Source of the DNA: Eledone cirrhosa
Taxonomy: Eukaryota
Assembly: GCA_964016885.1 (NCBI GenBank)
Contig: OZ024742.1
Coordinates: 122,016,001 to 122,080,000 of the forward strand
Length of the DNA stretch: 64,000 bases
Direction of reading: 5' to 3'
In this document: piece by piece, positions 14,085 through 28,854 of the stretch
How positions within the stretch are numbered: position 1 is the stretch's first letter
How the letters are laid out: every line of letters begins with the position of its first letter
Notes under the pieces: generated by a model
Told to the model about the DNA's origin: nothing
The model's input: only the letters and a program-made list of their open reading frames with translations
The model's database searches: none
Made by a program: the position numbers and the translations under genes

Positions 14085-14738
14085 CAGAATTCTAAGATCT
14101 TCAACCGTCGAGATGGACTTTGACTTTTCGACCCCTACCGACAATACTACTGGAACACCCGGGGACACAGCGTCTGACACAAGCTAAAAGACTGTCCGTG
14201 GAGTGAAAGATAAGAAAAAACAGTAAGTTTCAGCAATCAAGCCATAACATAAAATTTTATGCGACGACTATTAAAAGGTATTGAGCTTTTTATAGCAACA
14301 GTAGTCTCGTGAGAGTGATAAAAAAGGTGGTAATGAAAGAAAATTGAAAAAAAAATGGTAAGAAGAAGAAAGAAAGATATCGTATTAAAAATGTAATCCA
14401 TTGAAATTATTGGGGAGAGATGAAAAGACACATTCATCACAGATTAATAATAATAAAATTAGGAAAATTAACAAAAAGAAGACAACGAATGGAAACAAGT
14501 CAAAGCGAAAACAGTTTTTTAAAGTGGAAAATTAAATTTTTATGAAAATAAAAGGACAAACAAAAAACACATAACCTCAACGTCTTCAGCCGTCGCGGTG
14601 GAGTTTGGCAGTTTTGAACCCAACTGACGGTACTGCTGGTCCACCCGGCGTCAGAGCGTCTGACTCATGCCAAAGCGCTGCCCCGTGGGGGTGAAAGACA
14701 AGGTAAAACAATAATTTACAGCAATTAAGCAATAACAG
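14085..14738. repeat. Diverged direct repeat pair, ~160 bp (~14095-14250 and ~14580-14738)
   Basis: Shared motifs tcttca.ccgtcg, cacccgg, agcgtctgac and gtgaaaga.aag. Confidence 0.7.
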
Positions 14739-14773
14739 GTACATATATGCACAGGGCGTATATGTATGTATGT

Positions 14774-14961
<188 letters not shown>

Positions 14962-15280
14962 GTATGTATGTATATATGTGTGTGTATCTGAGTGAGTGTG
15001 TACATGTAAGATAAAAGTATATATATATATAAATATGCATGTAAATGTATTCATGTATGTATGTAAATATTGCCACACATATGTGGCCTACTCGGTAGTA
15101 AACTAAATCGATTGCCCGGTTTAACATACCGATTTCAGGTACCCTCCTGCGCCCCTCAACCAGTCTTGGAGACCCTGAAAAGAGTCGTGGGCATTAACAT
15201 TTCCTCCTTAAATAAACAGTAAAAACGCTGGTGATAAAAGAAAAACAAATTGGGATTAATGGGGATTGCGAGAGAAAGAG

Positions 15281-15339
<59 letters not shown>

Positions 15340-18300
15340 GAGAGAGAGAGAGAAGAAGGATTTGTATTGATCAATTCAATCCAATCCAGGGCCTTCTCAC
15401 TCCTGATGGAGGACCCCCTCTCTAGTTGATCGCCACCGCTTTCTGTTTGGTTTTGGTCCTGTCAGGGATGTAGCCGTACCCACCACGGTTAGCCAATTAT
15501 GGGTTGTTGAGGCTAGTAAATTCATATTTGGGTGGATGGCCGTTGACTCTTAGGAGTTCACCGGCCTTTTAACAGCTCTTCGTTTTTGCGCTGCTGGGGG
15601 TTTCACTTACTCTCCCCAACAGACGATGACCGGTTTAGTCGCCAATCATGCGATCCCGAAGCAGGATATATGGGTTACATGGGACTAGTAGCAGGCAGAA
15701 GATGGATCCGACTATAATTGTAATGTAGCAATAGTGAAATACAGTAAAAAGTTGTATTATGTTAGGTGCTTTATGTCTTTGATTACTTCTGTAATTTCCC
15801 ATCAGTTTTCCACAGTAAAAGGGTGTGATATATTCCTCTTACTGTCTGTATTTTACATTCAGCAATACACCTACGTGTTGTTTTTCAGTTTAGCATTTTG
15901 TCACATAACAAACAGGCTTATATATCACACAAGAGTTTCATATATTATTACAATAGCTTATATCTCAAACAATCAGAAAAGAAAAGAAAAGCAGATAGTA
16001 ACTCTTATTTCGCTCAAATATTGTGGCATCTATTTTCACAATGTTTTTATTTTGCCAATACACTCGAATAAAATCTAACTAAAGACGGATGACAGGCGAG
16101 AATTACTGTTTATCGGCCGAACCGTCATTTATAATTGATGGCTCTAACTCTCTAAACAACTACGACCATTTGCTCGTTGTAAATGTATATCTTCTATACA
16201 ATTGGTTGGAAATAGCTGCAAGCCTTAAAGGAAACCATTATTACGATGCTAACGGTTTTCATGTTAGAAAAACACGATGTTCTTTCGTACTTCCAATGAA
16301 TCTAAGATTTGATATAAGCCATACATATTTTCTATGTATCCTATTTATGTACCAGCATTAGAAAGACGACTCAGCCTGCCCCCCCCCTCACTTCTCTCCC
16401 TTTCTTTCGTTGCTTAATTCCTTTTTTCTTTTCTTTTCATTTCCGTTTTTGTTCCCTTTAATAGTGTGCTTTGTTTTTGCATAAACGGTGTAGTTACCAT
16501 TGTAAATATAATTGAGAATGTAATGTTTTCGTTGTTTTTCTTAAATTACAACATAATACTTTCTCTTTCTTTTAAAAATCCCAGTAACAATTTTGTCTCT
16601 CATTAATGTTAAATAATTAATGGATTAAAAATACGAAATTCACAATTCCCCTTTCCGATTTAAAAGAAGCCATACACATTTTTTTATGTATCCCCATTGT
16701 GTACCATTGTATTTACAAATTCTGTTACCAATCGACAAAAACCTAAAGCATGCTTTAGCTTTTTCCTTCTCTTCTTTGTTTCAAAATTTATCTCGATAAA
16801 CGTTTTGATGACATTTTGTATTGATTAACTGCACCATATATATATTCTGGTATAATGCTTTCCCTTTTACGATATTTTAAATGTTAAATGATGGAGCATT
16901 TGAAAATTAGAATAATTTACCTGCAAACGTAAATTAAATTCAATGCAATCACAGCAAAATTTCTCCCTTTGTGCGAATTTCTGTCAACATATGAATATAA
17001 GGCAGACGGAATCGTGTAATATAGTTACAGTGTGGCTTTACCAGATTGTATTCAGAACTTCTTTTTAGTGACGGAATTGATCTCGTATTTGCAGTACGTT
17101 TTCCTCTATAAGGAAGCAAAGAAAGACTATCAGTGATAATAGAGATGCAGATATTAATATACATAAAGGCACACTCACATACCGACACATGTGATTGTGT
17201 ATGTGTGAGAAGAATTATCAATAAACGGAAAGAAAATAATATTTAGATTGTAGCAAAAAGAGGAAAAAAAAAAGAAATGAAGCAAACAAACGTAGCGTTT
17301 ATGTATGTAACTCAACAGTGTAGCTTATACTTTTGTTTCAATCGATCGGTAAGTAAAGAAAAAATATGATATTATCTGGAAATAGACTAAATGAATATTT
17401 TACGCTAAACTTGTACGATATTCATTAACCAAGCAACAAAACAATGCCTGCTGTAGATTTCAGTTAAGTCAATGGGGAAATTGATAATTATATTAATTGA
17501 TCCTAATCTTCAAACCACAGAGAGTGAGCGTGAAGAATACTTGTGCGTTTGATCGTTATCAGGCACGAGATTTAATTAATTATTCGCTTCGCTGCTACCC
17601 GTGAGAAATATTGATCGGCTGGCAACTGGTGCAATCGAACAATCAAGGCTGAAACAACTATAAAACTTCACATACCAGGACCGTTACTGACAACCGAATC
17701 CTTAGAATTAAATATAATCTGTCTATTAAATTATGTGGACCCGCCTGGTTTTGTTCCGTCGAGTATACGCAAAACAGAGTATTGTAGTTTTCTCTCTATC
17801 AGAGTGAGATCTAACTAATATATGTGTTTGTTCCTATAATGTTTATGTCAAACAAATCTAATGATGTTCACATAAAGAGCCCCAGATTCAGAAATATCCA
17901 GATTATGAGTGTATACTTATGATCCATAAATTGACAATTAATAATGTATATTTTCTTATGGTAAATAGGAATTAGATACGACTAATTATCACTTTGATTC
18001 GTAATGTTAAACTAATAATGATTTATACGAGATTAGAAAAGAAATATGTTGGGTTAATATTTGCTTTATAATAAGCTTCTGTCAACTTTTGACTTGCAAA
18101 ACGTGTATAAAGATAGATAAAACTTCCTTACAATAGGAGAACATAGAATATATATTGTGGGGAGGGATAGTGAAAAGATGTCGACTAAATATATTACTGG
18201 TATTTATATACTCGAACGAGAATAGGTAAATTTGATCTTGGAGACATCAAACATAAGCGAAATGCGTTACGTATCACTAGGTATATTGCCCAATAGTCTG

Positions 18301-19566
18301 CTTTTGAATAGACTATATTAAATTATATTATAATATCGGATGAACATCATGAACAATTGTATCAAATGGGGTTTTATGCGTAGATTTAAATTGGTAGTAT
18401 TAATTTCAATTTATATAAGTATATAAGTTCCAAATAAAATCGTGTATAACGGGAAATATTTCACTCGAATATGCGACGTCAATATACAGTACATGACTTG
18501 TCTCCTTGACCTAAAAACTTAAATTCAAAATATATGATAAATAGAAAAGGTTTTATGTAATATGGAGATTTAACGTATCTACCGTTGTGAATCATACGCA
18601 CATATATAGAGTATAGTGTTGCTTTAATTATAACTGGTGGAGTAGAAGGGAATGTATGGCCAGCAACATTCTGCAATAAAGTAGTTAGTAAAAAAAAGAA
18701 ATGTTTTCTAAACCATTGGCATATGGGAAGTCAATTAATTCAGATGCGGATAGACTGGAGATATTTCATTTTACATCCGCGAACCAGCTAGACAGATATT
18801 ACCAAATATCCAATTATCTACTATGTTGTCCTAATGAATCACATAAAAATACAACGCAGACTGATACTAATTATACGATAAGTTTGTTTTTATTTTACTT
18901 AAACCATTTTAATTACTGAATATTTTCTGTCAGAAAGCACTAAGAAAAAATAAATAAAGCAGTTTGCCATTAAATCCAAAGTAAAAGGAAATGAATGCGA
19001 CCAGATTTTTCTACAATTTTTTACAGCCATTAATTTTGATACATGATACAAATGTAAAAGGAGAAAATCCAACGTCATCGATAATCTCTCGAGATTTTTT
19101 TAGAGATTTGAATCGGTTGAAGAGATATTACAGAATATAATATAAAACTAGTTTCTGAATTTGCTTTCAAATTAAAAGAATATACTAGACTGAGATGTAA
19201 GCATTTATTTTCTATTTTGATTTTGTTTTGAAAACCATCAACGTTGAAATACGTTATTTGTTAACAAGCAAAGTTATTCCTTTGTTAGTAGATATATGTG
19301 CTTGTCACTGATGGTTTTGTAAATATGTCGGTCAGTTCTCAGGTTTGTACAGGTTACGAATGAGTGTACGCGTCTTCACATGCGCTTATATATATATATA
19401 TTCTTTTCTTTGTGTCATCAAAATAGAGCGATGTGCCTATATTGATGTGTTGAGTATGCATTACAGTTTATGATGTAGACGAATAGGATACATTTCCCTT
19501 CTAAGTAAGTTTTTATAACCCAGAAAGAATAGTAATTTTATGAATAAAATACGATATCCATATAAT

Positions 19567-19666
19567 TGTTTCTACTTTTGGCACAAGGCCAGCAATTAAC
19601 CAGTGTATTACTGGTACTTTATTTTATCGACCCCATAAGGATGAAAGGCAAAGTTAACCTCGGCGG
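19567..19666 (-). mobile_element. Short cephalopod-type SINE copy with TSD CCATATAAT
   Basis: Near-identical to 21063-21180 and 46896-47009. TSD at 19558-19566 and 19667-19675. Confidence 0.8.
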
Positions 19667-19803
19667 CCATATAATGACAGGGATTTAGGCTGTCGTTTCC
19701 CCCGTATTGATTCTTTCGGGTTCTACACCGAAAAGCAAACTGATATTAAACCTTGTTCTTAAGGTATGTGTGTGTATATGTATATAAATGAATAAATAAA
19801 TAA

Positions 19804-19878
<75 letters not shown>

Positions 19879-20044
19879 TAGAGAGAGAGATGAATACACG
19901 GGTGTGTATGATTGTGTATAGAAGATTATATTAATAAAAGGAATACCAACTTTGTCTGATTTACTCGTTTTATTTACAAGCCTTTAAAATTATAATGATA
20001 TTATAATGAAATATTATGGTAAAATATTAAATGTTAAATGTTAA

Positions 20045-20085
20045 TTGAACGAGTACTTTCATGCTTTCGCAATCTTCAGGTTCAA
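20045..20085 (-). ncRNA. Minimal type I hammerhead ribozyme in the 3' end of the PLE
   Basis: TTGAAC-CTGAAGA-tTGCgaaaGCAt-GAAA-GTAC-TC-GTTCAA. Palindromic stem III AGTACT. Confidence 0.9.
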
Positions 20086-21062
20086 ATTCGGTGGTGACAG
20101 TCAAGCTTGCAATTTTCAACTGTAATGAGATGGCTAAAATATGTGCCTTATATACAGTAAAAAGGAGCTACAGAATGCTAAGTTTTGCAAACAGTATTTC
20201 GACCAATCGGTGTGTGGTTTCACTAGATTACTAAAGCCTGGTTGGTTTATGCGTCACGGTTGGTTGAGCATGTCTAACGACTTCTATTTGACCCTTTCCA
20301 AAGCATCAATTGTTTTGCTATTTTTAGAAATGATGAAAATAGCGTTTTCTGTAATCATCAACATCAACATCACTTTTATTATTATTATTATTGTTGTTGT
20401 TGTTGTTGTTAGTGGTGGCAGTCGACATGGTCGTAGGCGTAGTCATATTAGAAGTGATACCCCTAAGCATTATTATTGTTCATTTAGCTTCGGTTGGAAT
20501 TTATCAATAACATTATTTTCTTTAATTTTTCTCTTGATTTCCCTTGGGCTGAGTAGTTTATAGAATGGAAATATTATAAATATTTTCTGACCACATGTTG
20601 CTAGATGGATACTCAGGGGTATCTGACGGACATTTGGGTCCCTAATTTGCTTTCGGTGCACCCGTGCACCTTCCGATAGTGCATTTCCAGTTTGACCGAC
20701 ATATAGTTCTTCACAATTCGGGTATTTAATGCAGTAAAGTAGATTTCTGTTTTGAAGTTCATATTTGCATTTGGGAATATTTTTCCAGTTTTTGTGTTCA
20801 TATATTGACCAGTATGTATGAACTGACATGTGCCACATCGACTATCATTGCATTTAGATACAGTGAATGATTGGTCTTTTTTGTTAAGGTCACACTTTGC
20901 CTTTGTTAGTAATTGCTTCAAATTTTTCGGCTCTCTTTTACTAGGAATCAAAGCTCGGTCTGTGATTAAACCTTTTAATTCATTACTTTGAGCAATGATC
21001 GATAGGTTTGCTTTGGCAGTGTTGAAGATATTCTGGTGACATCGGTTGTGTGTCATTATAAA

Positions 21063-21180
21063 CGATCTGAGTTCAAATCCCGCCGAGGTTAACTTTGCCT
21101 TTCATCCTTACGGGGTCGATAAAATAAAGTACCAGTAATATACTGGAATAATTGCTGGCTTTGTGCCAAAAGTAGAAACA
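21063..21180 (+). mobile_element. SINE inserted into the PLE ORF, TSD ATTATAAA
   Basis: B-box-like GAGTTCAAATCC. TSD at 21055-21062 and 21181-21188. Confidence 0.85.
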
Positions 21181-23022
21181 ATTATAAATAGTATGACCAG
21201 TTCTTGGTATCTTCTTCCTTGGGTTCTCCTAAGTTGTTATATAGGTATTTTTATAGCCCGCTGTATGTTTTTTTCTATAAGTAGAGATGGGTATTTTTCT
21301 TTGAGCAAAAATTCTCTCAGTTCTGTTAGGCGTTTGTTCCTGGTATGCGTATCTTCTACAATGGTACAAATTCTTCTGGCTAGGCAGTATGGGATGTTGC
21401 GTTTTGTATGAGGTGGATGGCACGACTTAAAATTCAGATATTGATGGGTGTATGTGTGTTTATAGTATATATCCGTGGTAATGGTGGTGTTGTTTTTGAT
21501 TACCATTATATCTAGGAATGGTAATTTGGTACTACTCATCTATTTTGTAAAATGGAGAGATGGGTGTAGGTTATTCAGGAGGATCTTGAACTCATCCAGA
21601 GTATTTAGAGATTCTGTCCAGATGATGAAACAGTCGTCAAGGTATCTCTTCCAAGACTTTTCAATGTACTTTCTAAATTCAGTGCTATATTTTTCTTCTA
21701 TTTCTTGGTAGAGTTGTTGTTCTAAATATTCCATTACAGAGTTCGCATAAACGGGAACAAACTTCGTTCCCATCGCTGTGCCTTTAATTTGGATGTAATT
21801 CTTTCCATTGAAGAAGAATGTGTTGTTTTCCAGAATAAGTCTGACTGCGTCTAATATAAATGGCACTGTGAATCTGGTGGGAATCACTCTCTATGTTTTT
21901 CCACCCAGTATTTAACCGTCTTTATTCCTAAATCATGTGTAATGTTGGTTTAAAGGCTTACCACATCAAAACTAAGTAGAAGTGAATTCGTTTACGTGGT
22001 TTTGGGAAGATGGGACAGGAAGTCGATATCATCCCGGATGAAACTGGGTATGTGAATACATAGTGGTTTCAAAATAATGTCAACAAAATTGCTTAGACGG
22101 TGGGTAGGGTATGTTGGACCAGCTATAATAGGTCTAAGTTTTAAGTCTTTTGGGTGCAGTAATTTAATGTACTCACTCTTTTTGTTCCTTTACTGCCAGT
22201 TGGATTTCTTTTGACTTATGAATTTTCGGTAAGCCACAAAAGTTGCTGGATTTTGGCTCAAAATTGGTGATGTAGTCTCCTTCATTATCAGTGAGTTGTA
22301 GTATTTTGAAGCCAGGTTGTTGATCTTCTTCATGAAGTTGTGGTCTATATTTGACGGTATTTCATGGTAGAATGTTGTGTCTTTCAGTTGTTCCTCAACC
22401 AAATCTTTGTAGTATTCAGCATCCATTATAACAATTGCACCCTCTTTATCTGCTTGTTTAATTATTATTGTTTTATCATTTTGTATACATTTAAGTGCAG
22501 ACATTTCCGATTTGTTAATGTTTGGCCTAACATTAGTATTGTTAGGCCAAATTTCTTTAATTAGGTATTTGCGAAGGAGTATGGGTGCCGTTAGAGAAAG
22601 CCTTTTCGAATTGTTTCGACATATTTTTCGTATTTGTATGCTTTCCAGAAGTTTTGTTTTCTTATGTTAAGACATTTTTTCCATTTCTTCCACATTTCCT
22701 TTCTTATTCGATGTGTTTCATTTTCCAAATTTCTTTCGTTTATTTCTGAAAAACAAGGGGGTTGTGATAGGCTTTCTCTTGTATCTTTGATAACTGTTGG
22801 TATAATTTCAGCTGAATTCTTAATTTCAGAGTTTATATGTTCAGTTTTAGGTTTTCCGTCTATAGATTGTTATTTCCTTTAAAATAGAGGATTGTGTGTC
22901 AATCATCGTGATAAGTGTTGATAATTTTGATGATATCTCCTTTAGAATTCTTTCTAATTCTGTTGATTTTATTTGTTGCTTTCCAGACATGTTGGCATAT
23001 ATATGCTAACATGTCTGGAAAC

Positions 23023-23071
<49 letters not shown>

Positions 23072-23073
23072 GG

Positions 23074-23301
23074 TAATTCCTTAAAGGTTTATTATACTAT
23101 GAAAAGAAATGTTCATAGTATAATAAACCTTTTAAGGAATTAAACCAGTCCAGCCTCCTGTTATTTTATAATAATTAACTCCGTACTCGCACCACCAACA
23201 AGACAAGCGAAGACGGGCGAGTTGCATTACGTCGAGTGCTCTCCCTAATATTACATCGACGGAATGACCAGTTCTATCCAGTGGTGAACCAACAAACTTA
23301 A
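23074..23301 (+). mobile_element. Short PLE-type terminus: 30-bp fold-back plus tail
   Basis: Hairpin 23074-23142, then a tail containing GTCGAGTGC, between (TA)n tracts. Confidence 0.55.
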
Positions 23302-23317
23302 ATATATATATATATAT

Positions 23318-24025
23318 ATATTAAAATAACAGATTAAAGTTTAAGCAAATAATTGCTGCTTTCACCCTTAACGGGATCTTTTGAAACTAAAAAAATCAAT
23401 CTGTGAACGCAGAAGTAAATATTTCGAAAAAAGGTGCAACCGAAGAAAACCAGGAATATGATACTTTGGTTCGTGAAGACGTTCCCTGGCAATGAACGGA
23501 AAAAGCGAAGATAATACGTCGTTATTTGGATCGTGGAGAACAAATACACACAAAGATAAAACCACGTTAATGGTATAAATGGAGTCATTAGACTAATATG
23601 CTGTTTAAGAAAGCGAATGATTCTCGGCTTCGGAGTTAAGAATGTAAATCAAATAGTAGAACTAAAATGACAGAGGTTATTAAAATCATAAAAGTAATAA
23701 TAATTAAATATATACATACAGACATCTATATACGTCCATACATGTGCATACGCGAAAACATGCCATGCATGCATATACATGCACATACACATAAACACGT
23801 CTTCATGTTTTCCTACGGTTGCACCGTTTTTCTAAATATTTAGTTCTGCGTTCACAGATTGATTTATTTAGTTTCAGAAGATCCCGTTAAGGGTGAAAGC
23901 AGCGATTCTTTGCTTAAACTTTAATCTGTTATTTTAATAAATATTTTCTCAAGGGTTTGATATATATTTTCTCAAGGTTTGATATATATTTATCCTTATT
24001 GAGCCCTCTTTGGATTTATTATTAT

Positions 24026-24028
<3 letters not shown>
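23318..24028. mobile_element. Family A inverted-repeat insertion (HHR motifs 23338-23388 minus, decayed; 23870-23920 plus)
   Basis: The left arm (minus) runs 23318 to ~23795 and has no tail. The right arm (plus) runs ~23797-24028 and has the tail. Confidence 0.8.
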
Positions 24029-24085
<57 letters not shown>

Positions 24086-25279
24086 TTATATGTGTATACA
24101 TTTACAATTACAATTAGATTCCAACCAAGGGACAGAAAACAATAACGGCGTAAGTTGCTATACTTTTAATGTATGCCCCTTTAGAATACAGAATTCGAAT
24201 CCTGCTGTTCATATCTACCAAATATCTACGATTACAAGACGATGGACACATTTGACTTGTTAGAAATCGCATCTAAATCTTTTCAACTCACACCCTATAA
24301 CCGTTGAAAATAGCATACTGGATATGTAATATCGAGAGCTCTGAGCCTTGAAATTCAATGGCTGGTTATGGTTGAAATTTTCTTTCGTCGCATATCTATT
24401 CGGTCATGGATGACCTGGAGTTAAAGAGCAACATCTACTGCTTCATAAGCACACAAAATGTTCAGAGAAAATAATGTGATAATGGTTTATGAACAAACAC
24501 TATAAAGCTAAAAACAAAAGAATAGTTATATCTTGCAGACAATTCGGCTTGTATTACAAGTGAATACAGTATTGTTCGTGTAGGTATCTGGCTTACAATA
24601 TTAATTACGACATGAACATACACATATATTTCAAGCATATACATATATTTTATTTATTCTCTTGTAATTGTCATTTTTACCCAGAACCCATTTGGAGTTC
24701 GCTAAATATTTTCGTATTAACTGTATACATGACTATTGCTTCATGAGAATGTAATTCAAAAGTTGGAGCTTACATATTTGATGTAGTAAGACAAGAAATT
24801 TAATTTAAATTACACCGTTAGTGATGAAATATTCATTATCTAAATAACAAGTTTCGGTAAAAAAGAAGACAATTGGCACAACCTCCGTTAAGTTAATTTG
24901 GGATGTAGTCATGAGTTAGTGTGATCTTTATCAGTAGTATGAAATCTCCGGACATGTTTCGGTCACCGTAATGCAAAAGATTAGATACACTCGACTTTGT
25001 TCAACATTTATATAATTCAAACTTATATTAATTTCATGGATGTCGCCGCTGATCTTTTTGATTAGATATTAGTCACTTATATAACGATTCTTCATGTCAC
25101 TAATTGTGTACCTTTAATTAATTAGCAATTAATGTTGTACCATATCAGGAATACTAGTGGTATTCCAATGACTCCGGATGGAGGTGTTTCAACATTCAAA
25201 GCAGCGAGAGTTGAATACAACAGTTTTCAATTTAGGACAGGCATTTATATCTAAAGAGTCAAAAGTAGTCTCGCTATCG

Positions 25280-25531
25280 GAGGCTCATCAGGCCAGTGCA
25301 TATCCTGGTTTCCGTAGCGTGCAGCAACCGAGAGTACAAGACTGCCTACCTGGATAGGACGCTAGTCCATTGAAGAATTAGACCCCCAGCTATTGCTGGT
25401 ACACATTTTCAGCCTAGTATACTAGAGCATCGTGAAATGAAATCTTTTGCTCAAGAACACAAAACACATTCAGTCCAGGAATCGAACCCTCAACATTATG
25501 ATTGTAAGTCCAACACCTTAACCACTAGGTC
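25280..25531 (-). mobile_element. tRNA-derived SINE of a second family (MetaSINE-like 3' part)
   Basis: Minus strand has A box TAGTGGTTAAGG, B box GGTTCGATTCC, then GTGTTCTTGAGCAA, and a 3' end gctacggaaacc...ggcctgatgagcc. Superfamily name is from memory. Confidence 0.75.
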
Positions 25532-27305
25532 TCCACAGTAATTTATAATAATGTTCTGAAAATAATTTGTGAAGAAATAGAATCAAATACACCTGAAAGT
25601 AAAAGAAAATGCTGCTGCCGGTTTATATAGACTTTCACTCATCCACCTGTGTAAGAGCATACAGATACATAAATACGCGTGTATGCATGTCTATTTATAT
25701 CTAATTAGGTAGCTATGCATGTATTTACCTATGAGTATTATGTACATATGTATGTATATTTGTATGTACGCATGTGTGTATATAGGAATGCAGTCATCTA
25801 TTCAATGTCCGTATATATGTATAAATGGATGCATGTAACTAAATGATTATACGAATGTATGCTTGCATATATTTTAAGAAACCCGAGGAAATCCTTTAAG
25901 CCAAGCAGCCTTAGCAAATAAAATCGTAGGATATAAAAATATAAAGTATTACCTCCATTATTATATAATTATAAACGCTTTACTGCGTTCAATGTCAAAA
26001 CAATCCAGTTGTGTTCAACTGAGAGCACATTAAATATTGTTCATCTGAAAAATCTGTTCTACAGTACTCGCTCACCGCCGTTGCCATAGTAATAACGATA
26101 GAACGTTTGGCTTAATATTCTACAATATCTAGGTTTCCATTCCACATTCCGAGTTGAACTTACACCAAGGTCAACTTCACAACTGTCTCTTGAATTGATA
26201 AAATATGTTCCACTGATATTTTTCGTTGATCAAGAACGCTTGTTGTATTATATTTAAATTTAATATAAATTGAGTTCAAGGTAGAACTCCAATGATTTGT
26301 ATGAGAATTGCTGTTCAGTCTCAAAGTATCCCTAATTAAATAACAGTTTGATCAAAAGCATTCAGGTCCTGACAAAATACCTTGTTATTCAATCAAATTA
26401 TAATTAGAATTATATTACACAATGTATCATTCCACCTTTTAAGACGATAGAGTATGATTTGTGGGGCATGTCGCCGCTAATTCTAGCTTCTTGGATATCC
26501 GTGTAGAGACTACCGTAATTGGATTAAATATATAATATTTTATTCCTTGATAGCGCATATCTTAAGATAAAATCAGAAAATCCAGTTTTTTTTAATGTCA
26601 ATCCCTTCAAATGGCAAATGTTGATGCCTTATTCATGTAATGATCGAAGTTGTTTGGTAAGGACAGTAAAGTGAGAAGCAGACCCATACAAAAGTCTATC
26701 GATCTTATTACAATCGACAGTATACTCTTAATTGATATAATGTTTAGGTAAATATTATCATTGGAGTGGTAGAGAATTCTATTGTGGTCTAATTACTACT
26801 ATCAAATCTCGTCTCCTGCGTTTGACCTTCCCGCGATAGACCCCCCCACACACACATACACACACACACATACAAACACATACACACACATATGTATATA
26901 TTATACATATATATATACACACACATATGCACATACACACACATGTGTATATATTATACATATATATATATATATACATATGTATATATATATACATATA
27001 TATATATTAGAAAATATATAGCTTTCACCGTATTTTTGACTAAAGGAATTTTAGCCTGATAATAGGGTTTAGAACCCTCAGATAAATGGAAAAAGATGAG
27101 TATTGATGTACATGGGAGTCGAACACACATCTTTGGTTATCGCGACCACTGTGCTACCATTGCACCAACACATCACCCATCTCTTTCCATTCAAATTAGA
27201 AACTACATTCTTAGCGAGTTTAAATGGCAAGTAAGTATGTTTTGAAACAGTGAGCAGGTTTGAAATTAGAAAATATATAGCTTTCACTGCATTTTTTACA
27301 AATAA

Positions 27306-27734
<429 letters not shown>

Positions 27735-28762
27735 CTTAACAATTGAGATGAAATGAATAAATAAAATTAGAAATATTAATATTCATGAATGGAATATAGA
27801 TATATAATATGAGAAATTACACATTGTTTAATTATGATTAGATATTTAGTTTAAAAATTGAGATCAATATATTAAAAATTGGAATTTAAACATTATAAAA
27901 TATATATATTGCTAGAGAAATTACCTATCGTATATCACGTACACATAGGCAAAGATACATAAATATATATATACACACACGCTCTGAAAATACACATTAT
28001 ATCTACTCCCGCATATAACATATACATACAAAGATTAAGTGATTTTTTATTTATTGCTATACATACCTTGTGTTATTAATTAAAATCTTTTAGTATATAT
28101 ATATACATATATAGGATTAACTTTAATGCATTTATGGCTGTTAAGTTATGCATATCTGCAATCAAAAACTGCATGTGTAAGCCTGTACATTCACATCCAT
28201 AATTCTTAGCTATACATGAATAGATATGCGTGTGCATCTTCACCCAATTGGTATACACGCGTCACTCATGCATATATACAGACAGACATATAATCATAAA
28301 AAAGCATATAATACATGTATATGTATGTCAATACACATATATAGATACATAAGCCGTGTATAGACATAAGTATACATCAATATATAACATAGTACAATTG
28401 AGTATATAAAATACAAAAGGATTATATTTTGGAAATATAATTATATCAATATAACTTAAAAGGCAAACGAATTCTACAAACATCAAAATACTAAAATATC
28501 CCAAAATATTATAGAATATTTTAAGTTAAAATAATATGTTTAATATATTTAGTATATAAATTTATCTTACGTATATTTTAATCAAGATATTGAAAGGACA
28601 AACTTTGGAAAATTATGAGAAGCTATCAGAATAAAAACAAATTTAATAAAAAATAAAAAAAATAAAAAAAATAAAAAATAAAAAATAAAATATTTGTCGA
28701 GTGCTTTATATCAGTTATAAAAATATTTGCTTGTTGTATCCCAATAATTTAAATAGAACTTT

Positions 28763-28814
<52 letters not shown>

Positions 28815-28854
28815 TGTGTGTGTGTGTATAAATATAAGTATATATATATATATA

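Larger units (their letters stand above)
19915..23028 (-). mobile_element. Penelope-like element (Neptune-like), degenerate: N-terminus, RT, Cys linker, GIY-YIG, HHR
   Basis: Fragments IIKQADKEGAIVIMD, GTAMGT, RYLDDCF, LPFLDI, linker CNDSRCGTC and NLLYCI..C...YVGQTG..VH. ATG at ~22990. Probable internal deletion near 22560. SINE insertion at 21063. Confidence 0.9.

Noticed and set aside
25280-25300. CTGATGAG on the minus strand as a hammerhead
   Set aside because: No stem II or GAAA follows. It is the SINE 3' end.
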